A stretch of DNA of 64,000 bases, taken from sequence record PV390658.1; one strand, written 5' to 3'. The number at the start of each line of letters is the position of its first letter. The first letter of the stretch is position 1. This document shows, in pieces, positions 54,910 to 63,742 of the stretch. Origin of the DNA: Escherichia phage vB_EcoM_P54. Both the position numbers and the translations under genes were made by a program. The notes beneath the pieces are model-generated. The model worked only from the letters and a program-made list of their open reading frames with translations, was not told where the DNA came from and did no database searches.

Positions 54910-54997
54910 TGGTGTGCCGTGTAGGAGTCGAACCTACCGAGTCTCAATGACAAGGGATTTACAGTCCCCACCGCTACCATCTACGGGATAACGACAC
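54910..54997 (-). tRNA. tRNA-Tyr (anticodon GUA), long variable arm
   Basis: 88 nt; anticodon stem GGGA/TCCC with loop CTGTAAA; long extra arm; T-arm GTAGGTTCGACTCCTAC; CCA encoded. Confidence 0.7.
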
Positions 54998-55006
54998 ATT
55001 TAAATT

Positions 55007-55083
55007 TGGCGGTTAGTCAGGGATTCGAACCCTGTGCCATTCGCTTAACAGGCGACCGCACATACCTTATGTGCTTCCTAACC
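55007..55083 (-). tRNA. tRNA-Asn (anticodon GUU)
   Basis: T-arm CAGGGTTCGAATCCCTG, D-stem GCAC/GTGC, anticodon loop CTGTTAA, CCA encoded. Confidence 0.7.
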
Positions 55084-55160
55084 TTAATACATTGCCAGAC
55101 CGTGTTTTTTCTTTTATCCGCAAAAAGTATTTTGTTGCTGAATACGGTCTTCTGCAAAAT

Positions 55161-55237
55161 TGGAGGCGGGTGCAGGAGTCGAACCTGCCGATACCATGCT
55201 AATGAGACATGTGAGACGCCCTTTCTCTATACCCGCA
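55161..55237 (-). tRNA. tRNA with anticodon CAU (second copy; Met, initiator or Ile-lysidine type)
   Basis: T-arm GCAGGTTCGACTCCTGC, anticodon stem CATGT/GCATG with loop CTCATTA, CCA encoded. Confidence 0.6.
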
Positions 55238-55328
55238 ATTCTTAATGACCAGACCAAATCTCTTCTTTGTCCGATTTACCTTCAGATGTATAAGATTAAG
55301 TTTGCTGTAATTGGTCTTCTGTCAAAAC

Positions 55329-55406
55329 TGGCGTTCCAGAAGGGATTTGAACCCTCAGATATCCACTTTGAAAGAGTGGTGACTATACCATTTTGTCTAC
55401 TGGAAC
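55329..55406 (-). tRNA. tRNA-Glu (anticodon UUC)
   Basis: Acceptor GTTCCAG/CTGGAAC, T-loop TTCAAAT, anticodon stem CCACT/AGTGG with loop CTTTCAA, CCA encoded. Confidence 0.75.
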
Positions 55407-55413
55407 ATTAATT

Positions 55414-55490
55414 TGGTCTCTGTTGGAGGACTTGAACCTCCGGCCTTACCGCCCCAAACGGAACGCTCTACCAAGCTGAGCTAAACAGAG
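55414..55490 (-). tRNA. tRNA-Pro (anticodon UGG)
   Basis: Acceptor CTCTGTT/AACAGAG, canonical D-arm GCTC-AGCTTGGTA-GAGC, T-arm GGAGGTTCAAGTCCTCC, anticodon loop TTTGGGG, CCA encoded. Confidence 0.75.
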
Positions 55491-55655
55491 ATAAACTTTT
55501 CAAACTCTATGTAACCACTTTAACATTATTTTTTAGTGGTTGTCAAGAACTTTTTTAAAATATTTTTCAGTATCTTAGAAAAGCTCTCATTTCGTTTCTA
55601 TGTAGAACATATTAAAGGGTATCAAACACATTGTCAATACCCTTTTTAAAACTTT

Positions 55656-57071
55656 TTACCAGATGTAACGGTCAATCATTACTGCTTTGAGCATTACGCT
55701 GATTGGGTCAAACTTCTCACCACCAAGCAGAGCTTTTAAAGTGGCTGGAGAGAACCCTGATACCATTGCTACACCATTATCCTTAACAGACACTTCGCAA
55801 GTGCCATTACGGTTTGCTAAGTACCAGAATACTAGTTGTGGCATTTCGTATCCAGCTTTTTTGTACTTACTCTGAATTGCTTCAAAGTTTGTACGACCAT
55901 TTGCACCATCAACCTGATTGAACTCCATATCAGAGAAGATAATAAGCTTACTTGGCATATCTTTCTGAGTCAAGTTGTTTCGCTTACCTACCTCAAGAAT
56001 ACGGTCAAAAGCTGCTTGTAAGTTAGTTGAACCATACTCAACATGACGCATAACCTGACGATGACGGTTTCGTAAATCACCACTCAGTTCAATGAAATGA
56101 GGGTTTGTTGAATATACCATTAACTCATCTTTAAAGCAACCTGTATTGCGTTCTGCTACATACAAGGCAAGGGATACACCAATATCAAGGGCAGTGATTG
56201 AACCAAGATTCACCCAAGACATTGAACTTGAAACATCAGTCATACATAAGATGTTTTCACCCTCTGCCATCCAGTTTGGAAGTGCTTTCCACTGCTCGTT
56301 AGCGACATCTGCATTACCATACTTAATAGATTTAATCACATCGTATGGGTAAACAGCACCAGCGTTAATCTTAGCCTCACCTTTTGAGAGTGACTCGATG
56401 TAAGCTTTGTAACGTTCCCCATCTTTACGGTTAAAGAGTTTTTGGTAACGTGCAGCAGCGAGTGAAGGAACCTTGCTGTAGTCAATCTTACCAAACTCAT
56501 TAGCAGAGATTTTTTGCTCAACCGTATCAGACAGTGCAGATAACAGTGTGCGATACTCCTTCTCGCTTAAGTTTGCAAACTTACAGAAACGTTTTACAAA
56601 CTGTTTATGGCGTGGTTTTACTCGTGGCAACCACTTAGCTGCTAAACCCGCTGTTGCAGGGTCTAGTAACGCTGCTTCTAAATGTTTGAAGGCATCTGTC
56701 TCAAAGCGAGTACCTACGAAGATTTTGAAGTCATCAAAACGACCAAGTTCTGCAATCTTATCCATAATGCGAAGAACCTGTGTAGGTTCTAAAACCTTAT
56801 CTTCAATCGCTTGAAGTAAAACAGTTCGGAAAGCTTTACGCTCACCCATACCTTCTCGTACATCTCGCATATGCAGTAAAATACGAACTGCAACATCAAC
56901 ATCCTCACGCAAAGCTTTGTAGAACAAGTCTGGTAAGATTTCTACATTGCTACGGCTTGAGCCAGCAGCTTTGTAAAAGTCTACAAGAGCAGACATTGAT
57001 GAAGTATGGTTTACAGCACCATTTTCAGTTCGACCTGCATGAAGGTGCGCATGTTTAAATAACTCGCTCAT
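55656..57071 (-). CDS. vWA (MIDAS) domain protein with helical N-terminal domain; possibly DUF2828/TROVE(Ro60)-like
   Basis: 471 aa; MIDAS-like CMTDVSSSMS followed by hydrophobic strands and LIIFSDMEF; N-terminal ~270 aa helical; immediately upstream of and co-oriented with the tRNA cluster. Family assignment is inference. Confidence 0.55.
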   Translation of the reverse strand: MSELFKHAHLHAGRTENGAVNHTSSMSALVDFYKAAGSSRSNVEILPDLFYKALREDVDVAVRILLHMRDVREGMGERKAFRTVLLQAIEDKVLEPTQVLRIMDKIAELGRFDDFKIFVGTRFETDAFKHLEAALLDPATAGLAAKWLPRVKPRHKQFVKRFCKFANLSEKEYRTLLSALSDTVEQKISANEFGKIDYSKVPSLAAARYQKLFNRKDGERYKAYIESLSKGEAKINAGAVYPYDVIKSIKYGNADVANEQWKALPNWMAEGENILCMTDVSSSMSWVNLGSITALDIGVSLALYVAERNTGCFKDELMVYSTNPHFIELSGDLRNRHRQVMRHVEYGSTNLQAAFDRILEVGKRNNLTQKDMPSKLIIFSDMEFNQVDGANGRTNFEAIQSKYKKAGYEMPQLVFWYLANRNGTCEVSVKDNGVAMVSGFSPATLKALLGGEKFDPISVMLKAVMIDRYIW

Positions 57072-57152
57072 ATTTTACTCTCTTCTCTCATTTGTTGTTT
57101 GATGTGACAGACTTTAGAGCAACTTTGTAGAGTCTGTCAACATCTTTTAAAA

Positions 57153-57524
57153 TTATTTTTTAAGCGTTGCTACAGCAGAGAACGTTGGTTTGTTATCTGT
57201 CTGAGACTGACCACCATTATCAGGAGTCTTCTTAGTGTCTGCTGCAATTGCTTTCATCTCACCTGCTGAGTGGGTCATGATAGTTTTACCAGCTTCCATC
57301 ATTGACTTCAGGTTTACATCGTCAGTCGTCAAACCGAACTCTGCAAGCTTAGCAGCGTCCCTTGTAACAATCGCCTCAAACAACTTTGCAGCAAACTCAG
57401 CAGAATTATCAATGGTCAGTTGAGCTTTTACGAGAGAACTTTTGTTACGAGAGCCTTTTGGTCTTCCAGATGGGTTTCCAGACTGGCCTTTTTTAAACTG
57501 GCCTTTGTTTGTTCTGTTTTTCAT
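57153..57524 (-). CDS. basic protein with AT-hook-like motif (123 aa)
   Basis: N-terminus KKGQSGNPSGRPKGSRNK contains a GRP AT-hook core; first gene after the divergent promoter region at 57.5-57.75 kb. Confidence 0.45.
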   Translation of the reverse strand: MKNRTNKGQFKKGQSGNPSGRPKGSRNKSSLVKAQLTIDNSAEFAAKLFEAIVTRDAAKLAEFGLTTDDVNLKSMMEAGKTIMTHSAGEMKAIAADTKKTPDNGGQSQTDNKPTFSAVATLKK

Positions 57525-57650
57525 TGGTATGCCTCTTATAAGACCTCTTAAAAGGCTTTTAAGATAAAAGATAGATATCCAGAAAGATATCTGTTTAAAT
57601 AGCCTTTTTAGAGGAACCTTTTAAGTAATCTTCTAAGTATTTATAAGCCT

Positions 57651-57675
57651 ACACCTTGTCAAGTCCTTTGTCAAC
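57651..57675. promoter_or_regulatory. conserved 25 nt box ACACCTTGTCAAGTCCTTTGTCAAC in the divergent region
   Basis: Second copy of the box seen at 14964-14990, again between divergently arranged genes. Confidence 0.45.
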
Positions 57676-57773
57676 AACTTTTTTAACTTGCAATAGTTCT
57701 TGACTTGTTGTATGGATTACTGTACCATCTTACTTAAAGCTGTAGGTCTGCCTTGTTCTACAAAGGAGACTTA

Positions 57774-57935
57774 ATGAGAAAATCAAACAACCCGAAGAAA
57801 GGTAAAAATACCAATCACTGTAAGGAATCAAAAAGGGTAGAGTTACTCTACTATTCATCCTCTGAAATTGGTCTGTACCTGTTCTTTCAAAATTACAGAA
57901 GACAAGAGGATTATCTATGTGTAGTTCCCAATTAG
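57774..57935 (+). CDS. small basic protein (~53 aa)
   Basis: ATG 57774 (MRKSNNPKKGK) behind AAAGGAGAC RBS; ORF track lists longer 57753..57935. Confidence 0.3.
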   Translation: MRKSNNPKKGKNTNHCKESKRVELLYYSSSEIGLYLFFQNYRRQEDYLCVVPN

Positions 57936-58150
57936 AAATCGCAGATATTATAGATTTATATAAAACTGCAAAGAGTCATGGCTATATAACCTCAATTGGA
58001 AAGAATAGTCACTACGATGCTTTGACTGGAATGTATTTCAGGGCAATGGCTCAATCTAGTGAACAACACTTAATGGTTTCTTCCAGTGAGTTTACTTCGT
58101 TTCTCTATTGCAGCAAAATCATAAATCGCAGGAGAACTGAAAAATGTTAA
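57917..58150 (+). CDS. hypothetical protein (77 aa)
   Basis: AGAGGA RBS before ATG 57917. Confidence 0.4.
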   Translation: MCSSQLEIADIIDLYKTAKSHGYITSIGKNSHYDALTGMYFRAMAQSSEQHLMVSSSEFTSFLYCSKIINRRRTEKC

Positions 58151-58734
58151 CAGTAAGTTTTAATTATAATAGTGATGGCTCTGTATCAATTAATTCACCA
58201 TATGCAAATGACCTATTGAAAGAGCTAGTTAATCAGTGTGATAGAGGTCTTCACTATGTTCCAAATTCTTTCAAGCAGAAGACTATTGCTAATAACTTGA
58301 TGCGTGTGACGGTTACAACATCAAATCCAAATTATGATATTGATAGTGGAAGTCCTTACTCTTTAGTTGCGCTTGGAGAGAGCAGTCAATTCAAGCTTGT
58401 TTGCCACGACTCAGAAACATTCCTTAAGGTATTTTCCAACCTTATCCATAATAATAAGTACAGCTACGTTGATGGTAGTGTAAACTTCTATCCAGCAAAC
58501 TATACCTGTCTATTGATTGATAATATGAGAAGTAGCAAGCAAGAGCCTACAGAAATTTCATTTGATGTGAACTCTAGTCCAGACGCAGAAACAAGTAATA
58601 ACTTCGATATGAGTTACGCGCTATCACTTAGTAAGAAATCCGAGTTCATTGATTATGTCAATGGATTTGGTTTTAAGTTTGACGAGAGCATGAATCTCAA
58701 AAAACTTAAGAACCTACTTAAGACCAAAGCTTAA
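58144..58734 (+). CDS. hypothetical protein (196 aa)
   Basis: AGGAG RBS. Confidence 0.45.
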   Translation: MLTVSFNYNSDGSVSINSPYANDLLKELVNQCDRGLHYVPNSFKQKTIANNLMRVTVTTSNPNYDIDSGSPYSLVALGESSQFKLVCHDSETFLKVFSNLIHNNKYSYVDGSVNFYPANYTCLLIDNMRSSKQEPTEISFDVNSSPDAETSNNFDMSYALSLSKKSEFIDYVNGFGFKFDESMNLKKLKNLLKTKA

Positions 58735-58925
58735 GTATAAACAGGGGCTAATGCCCCTTTAATTGTTTATAAGTACACGCCATAAGGTAAAAGTGTAAAA
58801 GACTTTATTGCTCCCACAACTACACATCAATTCCGTGAAAATAGTGAAGTGCGTCATTGTTGGTGATGTGTCCCACTACATAAAGTTTATTTGAGATTAA
58901 ACGCACATTTAGAGGATAAAAAGAA

Positions 58926-59810
58926 ATGATTAAAGCAAAGACTTACCCAGACTTCAAAGAGTTTGTAAAAGGTTTTGTTGCAAACGTAAAGGCTGGTAAG
59001 AGATATGATTTTAGAACATATCAAGAGGCTATTTTACCACTTACCTATAGTTCGTATTGGCCTGAAGCTGACATTGCAGAAGTTAAGAAGTTTGACTACA
59101 AACCAGCCTATAAAGTCCCATTTAGTGATGAACTCCTTTACAGTGTTGGTGCACAGATGAGAACTGCTGATTTCTTCATGGATTTACAGTATGCAATCAT
59201 CAACGGTAAAGATGTTGACACAATTTACTGTGAATGGCTGGCAAGAGTTAAACCTTTCTCAATGCTGAATGCTAAGTTGAAAGATGCCATCACACCACCA
59301 TCAATCACTCAGCAGCCAACAAACCAAACAGTCAATGAAGGTGGAACACTTACTCTGAGTGTTATTGCGTCTAACGCCACTGGATATCAGTGGAAGAAGG
59401 ATGGTGATGACATCCCTAGTGCCACTTCTGCAACTTACACAAAACAATCCGTAGCACCTTCTGATGCTGGTTCTTATACTTGTGTTGTGTCTGGAGAGGC
59501 TGGTACAAGCGTTACCTCAGATGCAGCAACAGTTACTGTCAACGCACTACCTGTGATTACACAGCAACCTTCTGGTCAGACTATCAATGAGGGTGGAGAC
59601 ATCAACTTGGTAGTGGCTGCAACAGGTGCAACAGGTTATCAGTGGAAGAAAGATGGCTCTGACATCCCTTCAGCTACAAATGCTACCTATAGCAAGTCTG
59701 GTGCTCTACAAGCAGATACAGGAAGCTACACCTGTGTAGTTACTGGTGCAGGTGGCTCTGTAACATCTAATGCGGCAACAGTTACAGTTAACCCAGCAGG
59801 GGAGGCATAA
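58926..59810 (+). CDS. protein with two tandem Ig-like domains
   Basis: 294 aa; two ~86 aa repeats each with ATGYQWKKDG(D/S)DIPSAT and GSYTCVV, an I-set/Ig-like signature; stop overlaps the endolysin start. Confidence 0.55.
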   Translation: MIKAKTYPDFKEFVKGFVANVKAGKRYDFRTYQEAILPLTYSSYWPEADIAEVKKFDYKPAYKVPFSDELLYSVGAQMRTADFFMDLQYAIINGKDVDTIYCEWLARVKPFSMLNAKLKDAITPPSITQQPTNQTVNEGGTLTLSVIASNATGYQWKKDGDDIPSATSATYTKQSVAPSDAGSYTCVVSGEAGTSVTSDAATVTVNALPVITQQPSGQTINEGGDINLVVAATGATGYQWKKDGSDIPSATNATYSKSGALQADTGSYTCVVTGAGGSVTSNAATVTVNPAGEA

Positions 59811-60274
59811 TGCAACTCTCAAGAAAAGGTTTAGAAGCTATTAAGTTCTTCGAAGGTCTGAAGTTAGAGGCTTACGAAGACTCTGCCGGAATCCCGACAA
59901 TCGGGTATGGTACAATCCGTATTGACGGAAAACCTGTTAAGATGGGTATGAAAATTACTGCTGAACAAGCTGAACAGTATCTTCTTGCAGATGTTGAGAA
60001 GTTTGTTGCAGCAGTGAACAAAGCTATCAAGGTTCCAACTTCTCAGAATGAGTTCGATGCACTTGTAAGTGAAACATACAACATCGGTATCACAGCTATG
60101 CAGGATTCTACATTTATCAAGCGCCACAACGCTGGTAACAAGGTAGGTTGTGCAGAAGCTATGCAGTGGTGGAACAAGGTTACAGTCAAAGGTAAGAAGG
60201 TCACTTCAAACGGCTTGAAAAACAGACGCAGAATGGAAGCTGACATTTATCTTGACAGTGCATACCCAAAGTAA
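59810..60274 (+). CDS. endolysin, GH24 lysozyme family
   Basis: 154 aa; N-terminal LEAIKFFEGLKLEAYEDSAGIPTIGYGT matches the catalytic signature of lambda R / T4 e type lysozymes. Confidence 0.75.
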   Translation: MQLSRKGLEAIKFFEGLKLEAYEDSAGIPTIGYGTIRIDGKPVKMGMKITAEQAEQYLLADVEKFVAAVNKAIKVPTSQNEFDALVSETYNIGITAMQDSTFIKRHNAGNKVGCAEAMQWWNKVTVKGKKVTSNGLKNRRRMEADIYLDSAYPK

Positions 60275-60284
60275 TATCTTCATA

Positions 60285-60309
60285 GGCTCCTTCGGGAGCC
60301 TTTTTATTT
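60285..60309 (+). terminator. rho-independent terminator after the endolysin gene
   Basis: GGCTCC-ttcg-GGAGCC hairpin followed by TTTTTATTTT. Confidence 0.7.
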
Positions 60310-60324
60310 TCTAAGGAGAAAACT

Positions 60325-60723
60325 ATGAAGCTTTGGGCTAGTGACTTTGGGACTTTTAAGTACACTCGTAATGGTTCACTTGTACGCATCATTGGAAGTA
60401 ACATTGTTACAGTTGGTGATAGGGTGCATACAATGTTCACTGTTGAGTTGGTTGAACTCTCACCTATTGAGGCTGCTAATAACGGTTTATTCAAGTTTGA
60501 AACTTATCATGTAAATGAACATGGGCAGTTTAATACTCTAGGTGAAAGTGGTCTCGATATTATTTCAGAGAACCCATTGACAAGAGAGCAGCTTGCAGGT
60601 TACTATAAAACCATTCTTGAAAGAACTTTGGCGACACATGAACATGAAGCCAGATATCACATCGAACGGTGTGAAGTTCTAAAAGCAAAAATCGAACAAG
60701 CAGAGAGAGGTTTTTATGAATAA
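60325..60723 (+). CDS. hypothetical protein (132 aa)
   Basis: AAGGAGA RBS. Confidence 0.45.
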   Translation: MKLWASDFGTFKYTRNGSLVRIIGSNIVTVGDRVHTMFTVELVELSPIEAANNGLFKFETYHVNEHGQFNTLGESGLDIISENPLTREQLAGYYKTILERTLATHEHEARYHIERCEVLKAKIEQAERGFYE

Positions 60724-61123
60724 AGATGTTAGAGATATCCAAGTAAAGGTGGACACATTCGGTCATGATGGTCGAGAAGACATTGGTTTTGCCGACGCAG
60801 TAATATTCAAGTGTAACGGAGATTTATTCCTTCGTTTTACAGGGTCTGGAAGCACCCTTCATAGAATGCGAGATGATGAAGATGGCTGCCCTGTATTTGG
60901 TTGGTTTGACAGGGAGTTCCCTCTCTACGCAATCCACTACCCAGATGGTGGTGAAGACTGGACAACCCAATCAATCTTTGATGAGCTTAATGGTGTCCCA
61001 GTTGAGCAAGAAGAAGAAGAAGAGGAAGAACCTGTTGAACTCACCTTCACTTTTATCAAAGAAGAGAAAGTAGGTGAATTGTCCGTAACTGAAGCAATTC
61101 AAGTCTCACAGGTTATTCGTTAA
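60716..61123 (+). CDS. hypothetical protein (135 aa) with poly-Glu stretch
   Basis: ORF track; EQEEEEEEEP run. Confidence 0.45.
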   Translation: MNKDVRDIQVKVDTFGHDGREDIGFADAVIFKCNGDLFLRFTGSGSTLHRMRDDEDGCPVFGWFDREFPLYAIHYPDGGEDWTTQSIFDELNGVPVEQEEEEEEEPVELTFTFIKEEKVGELSVTEAIQVSQVIR

Positions 61124-61416
61124 TGAGTAAAGTACAGGTTATTTTCCCTATTTGTGACTTCTCACTAGAGCGTGAACTTGACCTGTACGAAGAAATTACT
61201 GACGAAATTATCTGGTCTGTTGTAGAAGAGGCTATCAAGAAACTGTATGGTGGCCTCTTAAATCCATCAAGTAAAAAGCTCAATACTAAACAAGTAGCTG
61301 ATACGTACACTTCATATGATGCCTACAACAAACCTTTTGAGAACACCTGCTTTGACCTTATGGTAGGTAATAACAAAGTCAATTATTTCTTCGTCAGAGA
61401 GTTTAACGATGAGTAA
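61123..61416 (+). CDS. hypothetical protein (97 aa)
   Basis: ORF track. Confidence 0.45.
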   Translation: MSKVQVIFPICDFSLERELDLYEEITDEIIWSVVEEAIKKLYGGLLNPSSKKLNTKQVADTYTSYDAYNKPFENTCFDLMVGNNKVNYFFVREFNDE

Positions 61417-61753
61417 GCTCCATGTCACAGTGTACAAAAACTTCTCAGATATCAAAGAGTCTTTAACCAATAAGCTTGATATGCAACGGAAAAGACTCTT
61501 TTTAATGTACGATATCGACAACTACGACCATCCTAAAGAGTTTAACTACAAAGATGGTACAAAGGTTGTTGAATTTGAAGATTCTGTAACGGTGTATGTC
61601 AAACATGACTTGCCAGCAAAGTATATAGGGATGTTAGAGTACTATATATTCAAACACACAGGTATGCGTGGTGAATCTGTCAAGATATCTTCTATAGAAG
61701 TTTTTGAGAAACCTAACACACAACTTAAAAAGTATTTAATGAGGAAACTGTAA
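61409..61753 (+). CDS. hypothetical protein (114 aa)
   Basis: ORF track. Confidence 0.45.
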   Translation: MSKLHVTVYKNFSDIKESLTNKLDMQRKRLFLMYDIDNYDHPKEFNYKDGTKVVEFEDSVTVYVKHDLPAKYIGMLEYYIFKHTGMRGESVKISSIEVFEKPNTQLKKYLMRKL

Positions 61754-62343
61754 TGTCCGAAGAGCAACAGAGTATCACTCCACAAGTGACATTAGTACAA
61801 CATTTTGGAAACATCGAAGGGTGTATTGCACTTTTTCAACAAAATATCAATTCTCCTGCAAAAGTCTGCAAGTTGACTATGAATGTCAACAACATCAGTG
61901 TTTGTCTTGTTGAGGAAGTCCAGTACTTCAAGTTTAATGACAGAGAAGTTGATGCTGCACTTTTGAAGTATCGAGCAAATCTCGAAAAAGACATTGACCA
62001 TAAAGAGCTTGTAACACTGTTTGGTGACCTTCACAAGCTTCTTGAAAAGGTTATTAAGCGTACATACTACATGAACAATGGTTCCATCGTCACAACTTTG
62101 ATTTCCCCATGTATCTCAGAACCAATTCTGACTGATGAAGGTGGATACTACGTAGTGGCATCAGCAGATTCTGATTGGTGGATGAAAAATACAGCACTTA
62201 AGACGGTTATTGAGGCTATTCGTGAGCACATCCCTTCGTTCAGCCCGTGGAAAGGCAAAGGTGATGACTTTATCGCATTGTTGAGTGAAGAAAGTAGCAA
62301 ACGTAGTGCATTAATGCCTAAGAAATACTCTTGCCGAGTATAA
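61753..62343 (+). CDS. hypothetical protein (196 aa)
   Basis: ORF track. Confidence 0.45.
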   Translation: MSEEQQSITPQVTLVQHFGNIEGCIALFQQNINSPAKVCKLTMNVNNISVCLVEEVQYFKFNDREVDAALLKYRANLEKDIDHKELVTLFGDLHKLLEKVIKRTYYMNNGSIVTTLISPCISEPILTDEGGYYVVASADSDWWMKNTALKTVIEAIREHIPSFSPWKGKGDDFIALLSEESSKRSALMPKKYSCRV

Positions 62344-62405
62344 AATATTAACTATAATGGGAGCTATCGAGAGGTAGTTCCCTTTTTAGTTTCTGGAGAA
62401 TAGAT

Positions 62406-62951
62406 ATGGCTAAAGTAAAAGAACACGATAAAATTATTTTGTATGTTAAACAGAACCCTTCTAAGAGTGTTGAGGCTGTTGTGACATACGTCTCACATAA
62501 TGGTACAGTTTATTTTCGACCACTGAAGAACTTAGACTTTGATACTACACCAAACCACACATTTAGCACTTCTGCAAGACTGTGTGCAGGGACTGTATAC
62601 TCAACTGCTGAGATTGAGTCCTTATCTTTCACAGGTGCTTACAAGAACTTTATTGGGATTGCTTTAAAAGACTCTGAAGAATCTTTTAAATTTTTCATGG
62701 AGACTAATAAAGGATGTTACGCACATATCATGCCAGTTTTTAAGAGGGTTGGTACAGAGCTTACCAGCAAGTGCGAAGAAATTAGCAGTGACCTGAAGGA
62801 ACTTAAAACATCTGTGCAGAATGCTGTTTACATCATTGAAAGGAACCACTTAGAAGTTCTTTTCAGAGATATGCTGAAAGCAGGATTTACTCCAGACGAA
62901 ATTACAAGAGAGACTCAACGTCAGTTCAGAAATGCTATGGTGAAAGAATGA
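62406..62951 (+). CDS. hypothetical protein (181 aa)
   Basis: ORF track. Confidence 0.45.
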   Translation: MAKVKEHDKIILYVKQNPSKSVEAVVTYVSHNGTVYFRPLKNLDFDTTPNHTFSTSARLCAGTVYSTAEIESLSFTGAYKNFIGIALKDSEESFKFFMETNKGCYAHIMPVFKRVGTELTSKCEEISSDLKELKTSVQNAVYIIERNHLEVLFRDMLKAGFTPDEITRETQRQFRNAMVKE

Positions 62952-63166
62952 AAAAGCTAACTACAGTTGAAGATTACTACAAGCTGTCTCTACTAGAACA
63001 GTATCGTAGAAGTCAGAACATCAGAAAATGCTATGGTAGACACGCTGAAGGTGATTTTTACCATTGTTACGATGCGGATTTAAAAGGTGTAACACCTAGA
63101 GGGAAAGTCCTGCAAAGACTTGTTGACCTTGAGTGGAACAAACGATTGAGAGGGGTTGGAAAATGA
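62948..63166 (+). CDS. hypothetical protein (72 aa)
   Basis: ORF track. Confidence 0.4.
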   Translation: MKKLTTVEDYYKLSLLEQYRRSQNIRKCYGRHAEGDFYHCYDADLKGVTPRGKVLQRLVDLEWNKRLRGVGK

Positions 63167-63666
63167 TTTATGAAGAAAGATACAAAATAGACTATCAAGA
63201 TACTCGTCATCACACTTCTTTGAGAGTAACCAAACCAAATGGAGATACCGGTATTATAGCACATTTTGGTGGTGATTATTGGTACGGTACAGGTTGCTTT
63301 GAAGGCTACAATAAAGAATACTTGAAAGCCTTCTACAGAGACTTTACAAATGACTACAACAGGGTTGTTGACGAAAAGAATAAGTGCATTAAGCATGAAC
63401 ACCGTGCCAGAGGTTGTCTAAGTATTGTCATGGTACTGGCATTTTTCCTAGCAACATTACTGGCAGTATCAGCAATCAGTTCCATAGCTCAAGACTTAAC
63501 CATTACACAGATTACTGCAAAGGTATATGATGTTTGGTACTTGTATGCTGTTCCTTTAGTTGGTATCATCATCTCACTAATGAGATTCAGAGTTCATAAG
63601 AAACGACTTAAGGACTCTGAGGTTAAACTTGAAGAGGTAAGTAAAGAATGCAACCTACAATTATAG
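63163..63666 (+). CDS. membrane protein (~167 aa)
   Basis: Two hydrophobic helices (LSIVMVLAFFLATLLAVSAI; YLYAVPLVGIIISL); start set at ATG 63163 overlapping the upstream stop. Confidence 0.45.
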   Translation: MIYEERYKIDYQDTRHHTSLRVTKPNGDTGIIAHFGGDYWYGTGCFEGYNKEYLKAFYRDFTNDYNRVVDEKNKCIKHEHRARGCLSIVMVLAFFLATLLAVSAISSIAQDLTITQITAKVYDVWYLYAVPLVGIIISLMRFRVHKKRLKDSEVKLEEVSKECNLQL

Positions 63667-63742
63667 CTGTATGTGTTCGTTTTGCAATCGCTGAAATGAT
63701 TAATAAGGCAATCTTGAAAGATGCCTATGGAGAAACTAAGTA

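Noticed and set aside
55006-55411. ORF-track ORFs 55006..55245 and 55160..55411 (plus)
   Set aside because: Both run antisense through tRNA-Asn, the second CAU tRNA and tRNA-Glu; chance ORFs.
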